A stretch of 64,000 nt of DNA from Cycas panzhihuaensis. Its lineage: Eukaryota > Plantae > Cycadophyta. Below, one piece after another: positions 59,401-64,000 of this stretch. How positions within the stretch are numbered: position 1 is the stretch's first letter; each line of letters starts with the position of its first letter. The DNA is taken from assembly GCA_023213395.1 (NCBI GenBank), contig CM041465.1, forward strand, positions 207,025,741 through 207,089,740. Reading direction: 5' to 3'. The position numbers and the translations under genes were made by a program. The notes beneath the pieces are model-generated. The model saw nothing but the letters and a program-made list of their open reading frames with translations, searched no databases and had not been told where the DNA came from.

Positions 59401-61006
59401 TAAAAATTTGTATATCTAGTTTGGCATTAATTGCTTAGTATCCTACTTTTATGCTTTATTTATAAAAGAAGCTAATATTATCCTAAGAGTCTATTGGATT
59501 CAAACTCTTAGCACATATAACATAAATAAATCTTCTACTAACCCCATTCAACCCCCTCCTAATAAACTTCTCTCTCCTAACTGAATGTATAAACAACTTA
59601 ATAGTAATGTTGATTATATAATCTATATTAATAATATTGAATCCAAACCCATGACTCACCATGACATCCAACACATCCTTAACCAATACCAATATGTCTT
59701 TCCCCCTCTTACTCCTAGTCCCCCCCATATCATGGCTTTCACCATGATATTAAGCTCAAGAACCTTTACAAACCTATCAAGCTTAGACTCTACTATAATT
59801 CATATTTTTAAAATAATAAAATTTTAAAAATTACTTTTGAGCTTATGGATATAGACTTTATTCAACAAAGAAAAAGTCCCTATGCCACCCCTATTATCCT
59901 AGTTTAGGAAAATGATGGGTCTTTTTAACTATGTATTGACTATTGAGAGCTCAATAAAAATATACTATTTTTTTTTTTTAACCCCTTGGTATGAGGATAT
60001 ATTAGATAAAATCCATGATGATATAATATTTTCTAAAGTTGACCTCTATTTTAAGTACTATTAAATTTTCATTATCGTTGAGATTACCACAAATTTTCCT
60101 TCTATATATACCATGGTCACTTTGAATTTGAACTCATTCCTTTTGGTCTCTATAATGCCCCTACTATATTTTAAGCCATAATAAATAAAATACTTGTACA
60201 ATATCTTCAAAAATTTGTCATCATCGTTTTTGATAGCATACTTACTTACAATTCTTATATAGCCTAATATCTCCAACATTTAGAAGTTATCCTTTAAGTC
60301 CTCACTCATTAATAACTCTATAATAAATTATCCAAATATAAATTTAGGAAATTTGACTTATAGTACCTAGGTCATATCATTTCCTTAGAGGGTGTCTAAG
60401 TTGATCCTAATAAAATCTCTATTATTATTACTTAGATAATCCCTAAAAACTCCCATTAATTATGAGTTCTCCTCATGCTCACTAGATTTTACCATTGTTT
60501 TATTAGAATTATGCTTCTCTTACTACACCCATTACTAACCTACCTAGAGAGGACATGTTTCAATGGTTTCCTGCTACTAACAAAGCCTTTAACTACATCA
60601 AAAAAATCATGAACTCCACCCTTATCTTTACCACTCTTGATTTCTCTCAAGACTTTCAACTTGAATATAACACCTTTAGTTTTGGATTGGATGTAGTACT
60701 TATATAAAATTTTCACTTTATCACATTTGAGAGTTGTAAACTTAAGGAATATGAGTGTTAACTCTTCACATATCAAACGAGGATGAATGTTATTTTGTAT
60801 GCAATGGATAAATAGTGTCAGTACCTCCTTGTATTTAAGTTCACCATTCTGATTGACCATCATAACCTCTATTATCTTCTCGACTAATTGACCTTATTTA
60901 AAGAATAGGTCAAGTGGATTTATTGACTCTAAGTATTTGATTTTACCATAACATATAAGAAAGGTAAGGATAGTACTTTTGTTGATGCTTTCTCTTATCT
61001 TTTCTT
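56404..61006 (+). mobile_element. Gypsy chromovirus-lineage element 'H': 5' LTR, PBS, gag-PR-RT-RH (interrupted by Copia I)
   Basis: LTR from 56404 to ~56799 and PBS TGGCATCAGAGC at 56802-56813. Motifs: PLRFKGTL (~59222), SPYATPIILV..DGSF*LCIDY (~59875-59943), KFVIIVFDSILTY (~60211), VDAFS (~60981). LTR motif shared with G and with the 1-3221 element. Confidence 0.88.
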
Positions 61007-64000
61007 TGCTAAAATACTTTAGGATCAATAAATCATATGCTTTGATTAATACATCTAACAAAATAATAGAACTATATAATAAAACTAACGAAATATACAA
61101 GAGGAACTGAGATGGATAAAGTATAGGTGAATTTATCACCATATAAGGCTCTATTTTGGTAGAGCTTCTATATAACCTCAAATGTATTATATAATACAAT
61201 GGTGTAGGGCTTAATTTATAAGTGACTCACTAATAGTTTGAGTGATATAATAGGCCAATTAAGCAGCAAATGAGGTAGACCTAACTTGATTATAAAATGT
61301 CATTAAATTACAATAAGGGTCACCTTAATATTACACTATGTATATAAAATTACATGACATATAAGAAATAGGATGTTATTACAAAGTTTTAACACCCTTC
61401 CTTAATAGCATCTTCATTTCTTTAGATGTTAAGGTCATGTTGAAACTATTTAAACTTTAATTTACTAAGTGATTTAGTCAAGATATCTACAACCTGGTCT
61501 TGAGTTGGTCGATGAACTTGGTTAATGAAGTTATTAGGAGGTTATAGCAATTGAGCTTCCTTTATGAGATTTTTATTTAAGAAGTCACTCTCTAATACCA
61601 AATGAGCTTTATAATACTTAACTGGGCCATTGGCATAAAATCTTGCCTTATTAAGTCTTTTTACAATCAACTAGATTTTCTTCAGGTGGCACATCTGTTA
61701 GCTCCTAAATGTTATTTTTGATTATAGAGTTCATTTCTTTACCTATAATTGCTTTCCATGTTTGGTCTTTGACTACCTTCTCAAATATGAAAGGCTCAAG
61801 TGTTTCAAGGACACATGCCATTAAAGTAAAATTTATAGAGTATCTCATTTTAAAAGGCCTTTTATTAGTTGTGGGAGGAGGAGGAGCATCCTTTAAAAGT
61901 TATTATACCCAGTTAGAAGGTGTTGAATACTAGTGGCTTCCACCTAAAGGTCATTAACTGAAATTGGAAGAAATGTTATGCTTGCTTGAGTTGTTGAAGT
62001 AGATGCTACTAGAATTACTGAAGGACCTAGAGTATAGGAGGAGGTTGGTACTAGTAGCTTTAGAATTTATCCAAGAATCACTTAAGATGCACCAACTTAA
62101 TCTATAATTATAAATTAAGGTTGAGGTGGAGTTAGGTCTTATGAGTCTTCTACAAATATTACATCCTGTGTTGTGTAATCTTGGTTTCCAATCATGTCAA
62201 ACACTTTGGAGGCTTTATAACCAACTACATAGTCAAGGAAGATGTATTTTAGGCTCTTATCATCAAGCTTCTTTCTATTGTTCTTTGGAATAAGTTTATA
62301 CACCATGAATTTAAAAATCTTCAAGTGTGATACTATTAGTTTCTAACCTTACCAAGCTTCTTTAGGAGTAATGCTCCTAACTTTAACTATAGGACTTATG
62401 TTAGTTAGGTATATAGTTGTGGTTATGGCATTAGCCTAAAATCTAGTGGTAAGATTTATAACACTAAGTATGGCTTTCCCTTTATTCACTAATGCTTGAT
62501 TCATCCTTTTGGATACACTATTTTATTGTGGTGTGCAAGGTGCTACAAATTGGCATTGGATACCATGTTCCTTGCAAAAGTTATTGAACTAGTTTAAGAT
62601 GTATTCACCACCATTATCAGATCTAAGGGTCTTAGTTATCATGCTACTCTCATTCTTAATAGTAGCTTTGAACTCTTTAGATTTGTTTAGGGCTCAATGC
62701 TTATTTATCAAGAAATAGATCCATACTTTTCTTGAGAAGTCATTAATGAATGTGATGAAATACATACTCCCATTGAGTGATTGAGTTGACATGGGCCCAT
62801 AAATTTTAGAGTGGACCAACTCTAATTGTTGTGAGGCTATCCATATATTTTTGGAAGGGAAATTTTCTCTTTGTTACTTTCTCTTGAGGTATGCCTCATA
62901 TATATTATTGTATCTCTTAAATGTTTGGTAAACCATATACCAATTGGAGCCTAGATATAAGGTTTAAGCTTTGCATGTTTAAATGACCAAAGTGTTGATG
63001 CCACAGATAGTCTTTGGTATTATTTGAGATGGTAATATCCTTTGAATATGAGCATTCACCTTATTCCTGATATAAGGCAATTCTTCAATAATTACATCTT
63101 TTCCCTTATCAAGTTTAGTTATGTTAATCATTGAGTAGGGTTCATTTTATGGAGTAGTGGTAAAGGGGACACCATACAACCTATATAAGCCACCATCTTC
63201 ATGTCCTGTAGCCACTAGTTTTCTTATTGTATAGTTTATGATTCTACAAATACCCTAGCTAAAGAGGACATCTACATTCTATTTGCCCATTTGGCTAATA
63301 GAGAGTAGGTTCATCTTCATTCTAGGTACAAGGAACACATTATTGATGTGGTGCCTAATGTTAGAGTCCTTTAATGCTATTAGAGCCCTACCAATTTTGG
63401 TTACATTATAAGTCAAATTATCACTAAATGAGATGGTTTAAGTATAATTAGATGGGTCTCTTCTAACATCTTCTCTAAACTAGTTATATGTCTCATTGCA
63501 CTAAAATCAATGAACTAAGTATTCTCATTAAGTTAAGAAGAAAGGGCTACAAAGAATAGATTATGGGAGGAAGTATCTTAATTATCTCCCATATCGCATC
63601 CTTATTATTAATTGTTCTATTAGTTCCTTTAATTCCTCTTGGGGAACTACTACCTATGTTGAGGTCTTTCGCCTTGAGTGGGTTTAGGATTCTAATTCTA
63701 TTGGTAGAATTGGCCTTGTGGTTGGAATGATGGCCCTCCTCATGGATAATAAGGGCCTCCTCACTATTGAATAGGGTCACCTTACTATGGATAAGGGGAT
63801 CCTTATAGAGAGCATGGTCCTTTTTATTAATATCCTTATCTCTATTGAGGATAGCTTGGACTTCCTTATTGATATGAGGGTGCTTTTTATTAGTAAATTA
63901 GGGCTAGTTGTTGATAATAAGAGGCAACTTATTAGAAGCTAGGCCTAAATAATTAGCTCCCTTGATTTTACAAGAGTTGAAAATTAGTTTGCCATCTCCT
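61007..64000 (-). mobile_element. Ty1/Copia 'I' with most of RT-RH deleted; runs off the window end
   Basis: 3' LTR at 61007-61394 (TGCTAAAA...TTTTAACA) and PPT at 61395-61403. Motifs: RH end QDQVVDILTKSL (~61470-61505), RT start (~61560-61790), INT KKLDDKSLKYIFLDY (ORF 62139-62324), TLRSDNGGEY (~62600-62632), protease-region VPRMKMNLLS (~63300-63335). Confidence 0.88.

Overview
This window is gene-free, very AT-rich plant heterochromatin made almost entirely of nested retrotransposons. I found no host gene, RNA gene or CRISPR array. Paired LTRs, tRNA-iMet primer-binding sites (PBS), polypurine tracts (PPT) and target-site duplications (TSD) resolve the following layout. (i) 1-3221: 3' half of a chromoviral Gypsy. 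(ii) 3752-7301: non-autonomous Copia A (TSD TTTAC). (iii) 11207-37871: Copia B (TSD TTTTC), which hosts a solo LTR, non-autonomous Copia C, an inverted plus tandem cluster of three copies of a B-related non-autonomous family D, and, inside D, a young CpG-rich Copia E (27357-35684). (iv) About 38-42.5 kb: a Tat/Athila-type Gypsy fragment. (v) 44009-56322: chromovirus G (TSD GACAT), which hosts a 5'-truncated L1 with a 16-bp TSD and a non-autonomous Gypsy K carrying a 1.35-kb (TA)n tract. (vi) 56404-64000: chromovirus H interrupted by Copia I. Old elements show heavy C>T/G>A decay. The most unusual signal is LTR family F (three loci), which carries a repeat-spacer micro-array of 3-5 tRNA-iMet PBS copies separated by LTR-terminus-like spacers (52-bp period at 43833-43948). 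Also notable are the 3.5-kb leader of Copia E, which holds a GC-rich putative structured island, and a ~260-bp repeat/spacer array at 8.9-10.7 kb. Element names A-K are my own labels. All alignments and identities were judged by eye.
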